Assembly: GCF_006345805.1 (NCBI RefSeq)
Contig: NC_042998.1
Location: forward strand, 29,388,001 to 29,452,000
DNA length: 64,000 nt
DNA from: Octopus sinensis
Lineage: Eukaryota
Direction of reading: 5' to 3'
In this document: piece after piece, positions 26,013-38,405 of the stretch
Layout of the letters: every line of letters starts with the position of its first letter
Numbering within the stretch: the stretch's first letter is position 1
Position numbers and translations under genes: made by a program
Notes under the pieces: model-generated
What the model saw: the letters and a program-made list of their open reading frames with translations, nothing else
Databases searched by the model: none
What the model was told of the DNA's origin: nothing

Positions 26013-26636
26013 TGACATAGCTATTAGTGAGGGATTACCAATTCGGGCAAAATACTTCATAAGCTCTCCGTCGAGACACCAGTCTAACTATTGTTTAATT
26101 TAGTGAAGAACTATTTTTATGGCCGGATCCGAGGCTATGATTCATCACAATCTTAGGTTGTAAATCCGAAGTTGGGTTCCAGTTAAACTGGTATTTACAC
26201 AGAGTTATATATATAAAACGAGGTATAAATAATGGTCGTTATCTATTTTTCCTTAGAGTAAATTAGGCTTACAGCTGTTTACAGTAGTAATCATTATAGG
26301 TACGTTACAAATAGGTTTAATCAATTCGTCTATTCATCTGTTGAGAAAAATTGAACGACCTAAAAATGATAATGCTATTTTCGTCAGAGTCATTTCTGTT
26401 TATAACGCAAAAATTATCATATTCTGGATTATAGAAAAAAAAAGGTACTTAATACGGCTTTTATATTAACGAGTAAGTTGATTATATTCCTTTAGATATT
26501 TTTCTATTATTTTTTTATGCTGGAATGATTTAACGAATAAACTTTCAAACCCCACTTTCTATGTTTTATTTTACCTTGGATAGTTGTACCCCGTATATGT
26601 GTTTCTGTGTGTGAGTGTGAGCGTGTGTGTATATAT

Positions 26637-26683
<47 letters not shown>

Positions 26684-26859
26684 TATATACAACTATATAT
26701 ATATATGCATATATACACACAGCACACAAACACGTACGCACGCACTCACAAACACATCCACACACACACACACACACATAAATGTTCATATTTAAAGACA
26801 TAAGGAGAGAAGCAAATTATAAGATTCATCTTCATTCATTCGGTTCTCATTGTGCCTTG

Positions 26860-27120
26860 TGACAGTTGAGGCGACAGCAAGATCGTTCCACCTTCTGACA
26901 CTGAGAGCGTCCTTGACACTTTGTTCCATTGTTAACCCTCTGCTATTAAGATCTTTTGTTTTTGTTCTCCACCACGTTTCCTTTGCCCGGCAACGTCTTC
27001 CTTTACTTTGTGGAACCCATTGCAAAGCGATCCTGACAATTGAGTTCGCTTCATATCGACAAGCCCAGATGAAAAAGGAGGAGGGTTGGGCATGGAGCTA
27101 GCATCCACTTCCCATAAAAA
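26860..27120 (-). pseudogene. RTE-clade LINE 3' fragment
   Basis: NSIVRIALQWVPQSKGRRCRAKETWWRTKTKDLNSRGLTMEQSVKDALSVRRWNDLAVAS resembles the RTE C-terminal 'LQW.P..GKR.RGRPKETWRRT..KDL...GLT'. Confidence 0.8.
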
Positions 27121-29088
27121 ATATCGCGAGCTACAGAAACGATTACAAGAAATAAAAGACAGCGTCACGAAAGGTCAGTCTGTTGCTACAAGTACAATGT
27201 GTGGATAGTCATATTCTGTCTATTAAATTCACTTTTCTCTTTAATATTATTAATAACGGCGAATCTTCATTCAAACCAATTGCAGTTTTCAAACAAGTCT
27301 ATGAAATTCTAGGAATTCATCAAAATCCAATTTATATTTCCTGTTAAACCGTCAGTTTTGAACTATTTCTCAGATATTTAGAAGCAATCAACAGGTAATC
27401 TCTCAAGTAATGTTTAATGACATTCATATATAATCTTGGAGTTAACTTTAGAGTGATTAATTAAGATACACGATAACACATTCTGTTGTGAGATATACAG
27501 TACATAAGGCACAGAAATCAGAGGAGAAGATTAGTAGTAACGTAGTTGCCACCTGGAAATCTAAGCATCTTTATGTGCTTCGAAACGACTTTATTTATTT
27601 ATGTAATGCTTAGCCAAGGGAAGATGGTTTTCGATCATTCTAATGATGTCTGAAGTTAGTAGGTGAAAGAATTAAAATTACTCTCTCACGTAAGAAAAGG
27701 ACCGAATATTTGTAACAAAACAGTTCCTTTTCATTTTCTTCTTTAAAGACTCTTTATTGTAGTGAAAATTATGGATAAAATATCAAGTAATAAAATTAAC
27801 CAGTCCGTTTAGAATTCACCTGAGCAAATTTAGACATAGCATTTTTTTTATTATTATAATATATCTTATCGGAAGGTTAGTTTGAATACATTGTCATGAG
27901 TTTGGAATTCGAAATCCTTTAAGTTTTGAGAAAACTATATTAATTCCATATTATTTCGTATCATACCATCGGTGCAAGGTCTAATCTTTAAATCAACATA
28001 ATTGTTTGCAGGTGAAAATTAATCCCTTATTCGTGTCAAGGCAGATATTAGTGTATTAATCTTGAGATATATAATCTTTGTGGAGTTGTTTAAAAGTAAT
28101 CTGACTCCTCCTTTACAATCACCTTTTCAATCAGCTAATAATACAATGACGAAACGACACTGGCAACACTTTATGTAGCACACTCCATCTCAAAATCTCA
28201 AAGAAACTTGGAAATAGCTAGGCTGTCATTTCTAACTTCTGAGAGAATATATTGCTAAATGGCATCACGATTTATCTTCTCACCAACGACTATGTAAGCA
28301 CTGAATTGAAAAATAAAAAAAACATTTTTACGATATCCGGCAAAAAATTTATAAATGGGTCCTACAAGAACAGCAAGCAAACATAAGTCTGAATAGGAAT
28401 AACTCTTTCGTTCGAATGGCCTTTGCGTACAGATTAAGTTGAAGCAAACAACATTGATTTTATATACAATATGGATATTTAGAAATATCCGTTTGTATAT
28501 TGTCGTTACAGAGACCCTGCTCTCTGGCGTTATTGGTTTGGTTCAGGAGAAAGTTACTGTGTTCACGTACTTTGCAGACATACAGAAGCGGTGAGATCGA
28601 TTCGGTTCAAGTTCTTTTATAAATCAGTAGTAGTATTGTATTGCCATTTACAGGTAATATTAAACAGAAATATCTATTTTCTTTCCGCTATCCTTTGTTC
28701 AATAATCTCGCCTTTTCAGTTTTGGATAATGTTGCATTTTTCTGTTCGTCTGGATCAAGTAATCATCCGTAGCGTTTAGATTATGCACTTGGTTGCTGGG
28801 TTGAGTTCTAACATTCACAAAAGTTTTGAGACACCGTTCATAATATACTCGTTCTTATTGGAGATTTATCGTCTTTCTAGTTACGTTTGTTTTTACCGCA
28901 GTAGGCTTCAGATGCGGCATCGTATCCCACTGTGATGACAATGATTCAAGTAACTCCACTTGCATTTGGAAATGACGTCGCTAATATCTTGTATTTTAAT
29001 TTTGTGTAACCAGCATTGGTCATCAGCTAATGACTAATTTGTTTGCACAAAAAGCTTCCTTCTCAATTATGTACGTGTATAGGCATGC

Positions 29089-29121
<33 letters not shown>

Positions 29122-29126
29122 TGTAC

Positions 29127-29317
29127 AAAAGACATTTGAAGATCCACAAACATAAGAACTTAACTGCAGTTCTTGGTGGTCCAAATCGGATATGCAATCT
29201 ATGTGGGTGTCTTTTCAAGACATCGTCTGGTTTCAAAAGCCACAGCAGGCGCCATGATGGATATAAAGTACTGGTACAAGAAGTGGTCAGACTCTGCATA
29301 AAGAATAGACAACCAAC
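29127..29317 (+). pseudogene. Fragment with a C2H2 finger: probably a LINE ORF C-terminus, alternatively a zinc-finger gene remnant
   Basis: KRHLKIH..CNLCGCLFKTSSGFKSHSRRH has C-x2-C-x3-F-x5-F-x2-H-x3-H spacing; non-TGEKP linker; upstream bounded by (TATG)n with no splice acceptor. Confidence 0.5.
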
Positions 29318-29849
29318 ATGAATGGATGTAAGTAGGTATGAATGGGTGGATTGATATATTTAGAATTCACACATTAACTTTGGTTGGTCAGTGTAACTTG
29401 TCAACCTGTCGCATAAACAAGAAACCGTTGAGATTATTCATTCCTAATACACTACTCTTAGACATTCCATGCAATTTCATACCCCATACACGTAAGTCAT
29501 GTTAAATATCGTGCACTGAATGGCGATATTTCGATTAATTTTTCACAGCATGATTTCGTTTGAGTTCAGAAAGCGAGAGAATATGTCAGATTTCGTCTGG
29601 TCTTCGCAAATTCGTTCACCAGTCATTTTTGTAAAATTGTCTATTTTATCTTTAAGTACTCTAAATGTATGTGTGTGCGTGATTGTGTGTGCATATGTGT
29701 ATGCGTGTATGTGTATACATATGTGTATGCGTGTGCGTGTGTGCGTGTGCGCACGTGTGGCATATGTACGAGGGCGCGCGCGAGCATGTGGGTGTGGATG
29801 TGTCTCTGCTCAATACCTTGATTGGACTTCTAAATTTTGTTAGAATATA

Positions 29850-29919
<70 letters not shown>

Positions 29920-29982
29920 TGTATGTATCTCTCCCCTTCTCTATCTATTTATCTGTATATCAATAAATACATATGTATATGA

Positions 29983-30026
<44 letters not shown>

Positions 30027-30088
30027 CATCTGTCCCCCCTCTCTATCTATTTATCTTTATATCCATAAATAAATATGTATATGAATAT

Positions 30089-30166
<78 letters not shown>

Positions 30167-31733
30167 TGTATACATACATACATATGCATAATTATAGATG
30201 TCCAGCAATCAATATTTTGAATTTTGAGCATACACACGAGCACAAACATATATATAAACCAGTCAATGAAGAATGTGTGTGCGTGTGTGCATGTGCGTAA
30301 GTGAGCGGATGTTCGTGCGCGCGCGTGTGCATATACCTATCATCAATTATTATATTTCAGCTTATACGATTTCATGCAGAGAAACACTTTAAAGCCAAAA
30401 TTTGCTTAGGAAAATTTTCTGCGTAAAATAGACCAATTTTCAATGTATATAAATTGTTGGTGTGAAAATTAGATCAAGTGAAAGTACTGGTCGCTCGATT
30501 CGCATTAGTACCCACTTTAGATGATATTTACGTTTCCTTTCTCCCGGAATGCTAATTTTAGTGGCAAGTTCTTGTGTAGCTACATCAAAACATAGATGGT
30601 AACCTTAGTGTAACCTTTTCGGAGAGCTTGTGGATTTATAACGTTTGGAATCGATCCAATGCAAGGCAATTATCTTGTACAAATACGGAGGTTTTCAATG
30701 TGATTGACTTAAGAGGACATTATTGAATCGCGTTAAAGACAGCTGGCTGTAATTTAAGTTTGAAGACAAGAAAAACAATAACATTTAGTTCTAAAATAAA
30801 ATTTTCACGCGGCTTTCTTCCGCTATCATTGATTATAGCGTATTTGAGTTACAAATTGCGGTGCAGAAATACCTTTTTAGAAAATTAGAAAGCAAAACGT
30901 CGCCGGTGACACTCGGTTCATTTCAATGGAAGCACTGCCAACGTCAATATAAAATGCTTGGTTGAAACTTTCGTGGAATATTTGCGCACTCAATACTGCA
31001 GTATTTTGTCTTCGAGCATCTGATGTCAAATCCCGACTCTTTGAACTACATTTTCTATGGGTCGATAACAGATATCAATAATAGAGTAGTGTTCAATCAA
31101 TCTTTGATCTATGACTTTACTATTAGAATTTCCCGAGGAGTAATACCTTTTCTTGAACCCGGTACCTCTTTCCTTATTTCACTATTACTGTATGTACGAT
31201 AATTTTTATACATTCAAGTGGCCACTTTGTAATATAAAAGGAAATTGATATGACTTAAAAATAACTGAAGATTTTGTGTTATCGGTTATATACTTCCATT
31301 CGAAAAAACTCCAGTGAAATCTGTGACGGCAGAGTCAGCAGATCCAGAGGTAAACCGGGTGATTTTAGCATGTGGTATTTATAAATTACTTTTATTAAAT
31401 TACTTTATGTTGTGCCTGTAAAGGACTGAACTTGCTAGCAACCTTATCATTACTGTATATAACGGCAATAATACGACATTATTTAATATATAACAAATAT
31501 ATTATATAATACACACACATACACATATATGCGCGTGTGTGTGTGTGTGAATTGTTGTTGGATAAGTAGAACTACAGCAAATCTTTAAGTCAAAACTTAA
31601 TGCTATTTTGTTATGTGATTTTACTTATAGCTTGACATTTTAACTTTGTATATTTATCATTTTGTTTAGCTATCCATATGCATAGAAAAAATATAGAATA
31701 AAGCGAATTATTTGAGACCTGTCAACCAATATA

Positions 31734-31968
31734 TCTATTTCTTTACTACCCACAAGGGGCTAAACATAGTGGGGACAAACAAGGGCAGACAAACGGATTA
31801 AATCGATTATATCGACCCCAGTGCGTAAGTGGTACTTATTCAATCGACCCCGAAAGGATGAAAGGCAAAGTCGACCTCGGCGGAATTTGAACTCAGAACG
31901 TAGCGGCAGACGAAATACCGCCAAGCAATTCACCCGGCGTGCTAACGGTTCTGCCAGCTCGCCGCCTT
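31734..31968 (-). mobile_element. SINE family A, full length
   Basis: Family match. Confidence 0.93.
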
Positions 31969-32140
31969 CTATCTACCAATATATACTTAAATAACACGTG
32001 ATCTGGGGTTATCCACCTGCTTTTCTCTTTACAAATTTCCAGCTTTAACTCTCAATTTATCTCTTCAGAAAGCAAATGCACCAATAAACTATTAATCTTT
32101 CCATATTAGCGTAACATACAGACACTCTCTCTCTCTCTCA

Positions 32141-32188
<48 letters not shown>

Positions 32189-33613
32189 GAGTGTGTAAAT
32201 ATGTGTGTGTGTGTAGGTTTCTACATATATTTATGTATGTGTGTGTATGAACTCGTGTATCTTTGTGATTATGTTAGCGTTTGACACTCAATGTGTTTGT
32301 GTGTCTCTCGATCAATAAATCATTTTCCAATTTATATAATGCTGCTCTTTTTATTTACAATATCAATGCAGTCTCAATATTCTAGACTTTCTTCTGCTAA
32401 CTTTTGTTTTTCATGCAAATATGCTCCATACTATATAGATTGCATTTTTCGTAAACCTGATAGAAGTTTTTTAATAACGCAATAATGAACTTGGTAACAG
32501 AATTTTACATGTTATTCATTAACAATGACAGGTCTTAGATAACAAACCGACAATATTTTAAAATTTAATTAATCATAAAATATTTTAAAATTGGAATTGC
32601 TTGATATTCTGTTTAATATCAAACCGACCTCGTGAAAAATTGCTTATGCTATACAATATATGCTAAAAACTATTAAAGATGAGTAAGAAAGATTACTCCT
32701 CTTTAATAAAATAATTGAAATAATTGCCACGCACAATCTCCATTGAAATATCATCGTAAATTGAATGAACTTTTTTGGAAAAAAACCCAATATGTGTTGA
32801 GTATTGATTTGTTAGAATACAAAGAGCCGTAGTAATTTATCATATTCTAAGATCTACAAGCATGGTCTATAAGACAACGTGTGTAGGCGAGGCTTGAAAA
32901 ATATGAGATGAAAGAACCATGTGAGAGCCAAAAGTTGCAGTGAGAGAAAGTGGAGAAGGAGCGCGGAGAAAGGAGGGTGACAAAAGATTAGAAGCATGTG
33001 TGCGAAAATTCCGATCAACATCTCATATTGAATAGAAGCCATCATTTATCAGACTCATAAAAATCATCTATAAATAATAGGAGGCGAATGAAGGAGCTTT
33101 TACGATATATAACAACCTCCTGGAAATAGCAATGAATTTTCCTTTGGAAGCAAAAACATATTCAGCTTTCTACACGTCAGAAACTTTATGGGACTCGATT
33201 GGGTTTCACATGAATTTTTGAGACGCACCTACTTCATATGGAGACATCCTAGACGACATCCAGAAAGAGGAAGCTGACTAACCCATATGAACTCCGTGAA
33301 CTACACTACATACACCATCCCGTACTAACATGCAAATCACACATCGTATTCTTCTCTAAGATACAAATCTTTCAGCCTTTAATGTTGATCTGTCACTGCT
33401 GCGGAGACTACAGTATTTACTCATATTTCACTAAGTGGCAGCAATGCTAGTATCCGTGCCACTCATCTCTCTCACCAGGATGCCAATAACAAATACTTCC
33501 AGTAACTCTCGTTCTAAGTTTTCCTTTCCATTCCTTCAAAAATATAGGCTCTTCCTCTGTTAACCTGACTACACCCCCAAAACCCACTTGCAACTCTTCC
33601 ACAATATTTATTT

Positions 33614-34029
33614 CTATTTCTTTACTACCCACAAGGGGCTAAACACAGAGAGGACAAACAAGGACAGACAAACGGATTAAGTCGATTATATCGACCCCAG
33701 TGCGTAACTGGTGCTTATTTAATCGACCCCGAAAGGATGAAAGGCAAAGTGGACCTCGGCGGAATTTGAACTCAGAACGTATCGACAGACGAAATACCTA
33801 TTTCTTTACAACCCACTAGGGGCTAAACATAGAGGGAACAAACAAGGACAGACAAAGGGATTAAGTCGATTATATCAACCCCAGTGCGTAACTGGTACTT
33901 ATTTAATCGACCCCGAATTGATGAAAGGCAAAGTCGACCTCGGTGGAATTTGAACTCAGAACGTAGCGGCAGACGAAATACGGCTACGCATTTCGCCCAG
34001 CGTGCTAACGTTTCTGCCAGCTCGCCACC
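33614..34029 (-). mobile_element. SINE family A, head plus two tandem 184-bp bodies
   Basis: gaaatacc at 33791 and gaaatacg at 33975. Confidence 0.93.
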
Positions 34030-34159
34030 GATTCTTATCATATTAATGATGAACCATGAGAGATCAATGGAATTTCTTAAATTTTACATAGTTTTTTTTT
34101 TTACTATAAACGATGGCTAAGTCATTTGTAAGCCGCGATGACAGCAATTATTTATTATA

Positions 34160-34410
34160 TTTTTCACTTGTTTCAGTCATTAGACTGCGGCCATACTGGG
34201 GTACCACGTTGAAGAATTTTTAGTCAAAGAAATAGACCCTAGTACTCCCCTCTTTAAAGCCTGGTACTTATTCTATCGCTCTCTCTTGCCGAACTGCTAA
34301 CTTACGTCCACGTAAACACACCACCACATGTTGTCAAATAGTATTGGGTCCAGGCAGTAGGACTGAACTCGGAACCATGTGGGAAGCAAGCATCTTATCC
34401 CATAGCCACG
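34160..34410 (-). mobile_element. Degenerate, internally deleted SINE family C
   Basis: tgtttcagtcattagactgcggccatactgg..ggactgaactcggaaccatgtg. Confidence 0.75.
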
Positions 34411-35239
34411 ATAACTTTATTTTACTTTGTTAAGATCCATCCTCTATGCACTGTATATGATTAAAGAATAGCTCACATTTGATATCCCACGAAGAAATTT
34501 GGTCAGTTCTTTAAAAAATGTTACCTAGTATCTGATGAGAATCTGGTAAGCTGGAAAGTGTAACAATGAAGAGGATCTTGGCGGGAAGAACGAGCTACAA
34601 TTTTTAAGAAAAGTGATTGCCGTAGCTTATTTTACAAATTTCTTACCCCACAGACACTGCTGCATCACAAAGATAACGGACTAAATGTTTTGTTATATAG
34701 AATTCCATACAGAAAAAAGTATATGTATCGGGGTTCAATGCAAATTAAATATTTAAACGAGAGATGAAAAAAAAAAACGTATTTAATGAGACGCAGGCAC
34801 TTTTTGGTTTTGAAATAATATATATTACACAGAGAAATTGCTTCTGACGCATTCAGAAAAGAAAGGCATTTTTTAAAAAGCAGAAGAGATGATTTTTAAT
34901 TTTTAATACTGATATTCTCAGAAAAGGCAACGATTTTATCTTCTCCAGCCTTTTATATTACAGTTTCTTCCTTTCATCATTATTCTCCAAAAAACTGAAA
35001 GAACAACAAACGAGAAATTCAATAAAAAACTTTAAATCAGCTTTGCGTTCTTTGCGTTGCTAAGATACTCTGCTACATGAATAAATTCTACATCACTGTC
35101 ATCTTTTATGTGTTGCTAAACAAGGCGCATATATTTAACAGCTTTAAGATCAGGCTGGCAGAATCAGAATCTTCTCTTTCGGCACTCACTTGATTCGCAT
35201 TAGTCTTCCAGTAACTTTATCAATGTAATACTTTACGTG

Positions 35240-35242
35240 CCT

Positions 35243-35296
<54 letters not shown>

Positions 35297-35883
35297 CGTA
35301 TATATATACACATTATATATGTATATATATATAATATATATTAATGTATATATATGTATATATATACATATATATATGTACATTATATATATATATACAT
35401 ATATATATGTACATATATATATACATATATATATGCACATATATATATACATATATATATGTACATATATATATATATATACATACATATTATTTATATA
35501 TATATAGATACATACATATATATACATAAATATAAAATATAATATATATATTATTACATAAATATATATACATAATATATATATATACGTATAATATATA
35601 TACATATATATATATATATACATAAATATATAATATATATACATATATATATATATATATACGTATATATATACATATATATTAATGTATATATATGTAT
35701 ATATATACATCTATATATGTACATATATATAATATATATATACATAATATATATATATATATATTATATATATATAATACATATATATACATATACATAC
35801 ATATATATATACATATACATACATATATATACATATACATACATATATATACATATGCATACATATATATATATATACATATA
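35240..35883. repeat. Degenerate TA/TACA low-complexity tract
   Basis: Direct reading; explains the Y/I-rich ORFs. Confidence 0.95.
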
Positions 35884-37482
35884 TATAAAATATTATTAGA
35901 GACAAAACCACTATTTTGCAAAACAAACAAGGAAAGACTTAATCAATACATAAAATTTTAATAAATAGTCAAAAAAACCGCCACTACAATTGTTTCTTGT
36001 CTTGATCGACAATCTTCAGGTGGACTTCCAATCAAAATATCAATATTTTAAAATATAAAAATAAAATTTTAAAATAATAAAGTATGAATGAAAAAATATA
36101 ATATATAATCCATATATAACCTATATAATCCATATATAATCAATATATAAACAATATATAAACTAAAATAAACCTATCAACAATTAAATATAAAATATAA
36201 AATATAAAATATAAAACGAAACAAAAAAAAATAATAATAATATAATATAATAATAAACTATATATACACCCATACACATATACCTAATTATATATAACCA
36301 TATCTAACTACATACCTAAATCACACCCCTATATATATATCCCTATACATACACATAAAAACGTCTAGGCAACTATAAATAAATAAAATAGCTAAATACT
36401 TCAACACAATACTTATTCATACTCCACACACACCACATACAACCCACATTCACGCTCTAGAAAACGGATATCACTTAAATATGAACGGAGAATGGAATAA
36501 ATGGAATTAAAAATTATATTCACTTGGTAAAACGAACACTACTTAAAAATTATGAATGAAACAATGCAATAAAAAACAGACATCGCAAATAGATACAATT
36601 ACTACGAATTCGTTAACAAACCTACCATAATAAACCAAAACTCATAAAAACATATAATGATAAAATCTCCTTTACTAAACTCTATAACATACCTATATAG
36701 CAATCCCCCTAACCTAAACATTCACACACAAATACACACACGTAAACCACACACCCACGACATATACAAATACCCACACCACTTACACATACCTATACTA
36801 CATATAAACCTCAACATATACTCCAAAAACCCACTCAACCCCCACAGACAAATAAACACAAAAATTATGAATGGATTTTTATAAAACTACCATGATAAGC
36901 TAAAACTCACAAAACATAAATGATAAAACCTCCCTTTACTAAACACTATAACATACTTATATAGCAATCCCTTTAACCTATACATTCACACACAAATACA
37001 CACACGTAAACCACACACCCATAACAAATACAAACACCCACCCCACTCACACACACCACAAGTACATATAAGCCTCAACATATACACCAAACAAAATACT
37101 TTACCAGGAACTTAACATATGTATAAAAAGTATAACCGCTCTGGAAACGAACATCTTTTAAAATAATGAATGGAGAAATGGAATAAATGGAATAAATGGA
37201 ATTAAAAATAATATTCACGTGGCAAAACGAACACCACTCAAAAATTATGAATGAAACAATGTAATAAAACAACCAACATCGATCAAGACAAGAAACAATT
37301 GTAGTGGCGGTTTTTTTGACTATTTATTAAAATTTTATGTATTGATTAAGTCTTTCCTTGTTTGTTTTGCAAAATAGTGGTTTTGTCTCTAATAATATTT
37401 TATAATATTTTACTATAAAATTGGATTTAATCCTAAATCTGATTTTTCCCTGTAAATTTGGATTTATTCCCTAATATTTATT

Positions 37483-37485
<3 letters not shown>
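35884..37485 (-). mobile_element. Non-coding PLE-like element with pLTR and inverted truncated pLTR
   Basis: Identical 126-bp inverted arms at 35884-36009 and 37279-37404; intact hammerhead motif in the left copy; G-poor body with internal duplications (about 36640-36810 / 36905-37080 and 36460-36570 / 37140-37270). Confidence 0.8.
35981..36023 (-). ncRNA. Minimal type I hammerhead ribozyme motif, intact core
   Basis: CCAC CUGAAGA UUGUC-gaucaa-GACAA GAA AC-AAUU-GU A GUGG; predicted cleavage GUA after 35985. Confidence 0.8.
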
Positions 37486-37533
<48 letters not shown>

Positions 37534-37563
37534 AATATATATATATTATATATATATATTATA

Positions 37564-37607
<44 letters not shown>

Positions 37608-38204
37608 GTATATATATATATATATATGCATATATATATATTTGTGTGTGTGAATAATATCTTGGCGTTTGAAGCTGTTGAATTTGTTCCACCTTATAAG
37701 ATTTACTTTCTAAATATTTCGAGATGGAATCATTGTATTTCTTGTCTGTACTTGTCTGAGAGTGCTTAATGAAACAATTTCAAGTTTTCTAGATTATAAA
37801 GCTGAGTTTCTACTTTCTTGCCATAACAGCGTCTCCGTTTAGTTGTTCTGTCAATTTTATTCGAAAGTGCTGTCTTAATACTTACCTAACCTTATCTTTC
37901 ATATAATAAAATGCAATGTTGCACATAGGTCACGCTGGTCCAGGGAAATTAAAACAACACACGGAGTGGGATTAGTGGTCGTCATAGATGTTAAATGCAA
38001 GCAAACTGTAATAAGATGTTTTCCTCTCACGTCGTCGATATTTTAATCATACTGAAAATAAATTTTCATCGTAAATTATATATATTATCAGCTTCATATA
38101 TACAAAAAATATATATGAAATTAAATATTGATCTATTTTGTTTTAAAAATATTACCACCACGTAATATTTATAAATCACATACATAACATATACGTATAA
38201 CCTT

Positions 38205-38405
38205 TAGCGCAAAGCCAGTAATTTGGGGGGAGGGGTAAATTGATTATATCGACTCCAGTGATAATCTGGTACTAATTTTATTGACCCCGAAAGGATAAAG
38301 ACAAAGTTGGGTTCGGTAGAATTTGAATCGATACCCTAAAGACAGGTGAAATTCCGCTAAGAATGTTTTCCAGTGTGCTAACGATCCAGTTAGCTGGCGC
38401 CTTCA
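38205..38405 (-). mobile_element. Degenerate SINE family A
   Basis: ttgaccccgaaaggataaagacaaagttgggttcggtagaatttgaa..gtgctaacgatccagttagctggcgcc. Confidence 0.75.

Noticed and set aside
36030-37270. Mitochondrial control-region insertion (NUMT) suggested by strand skew
   Set aside because: No flanking mitochondrial tRNA or gene sequence; bounded by hammerhead-bearing inverted repeats typical of PLEs.
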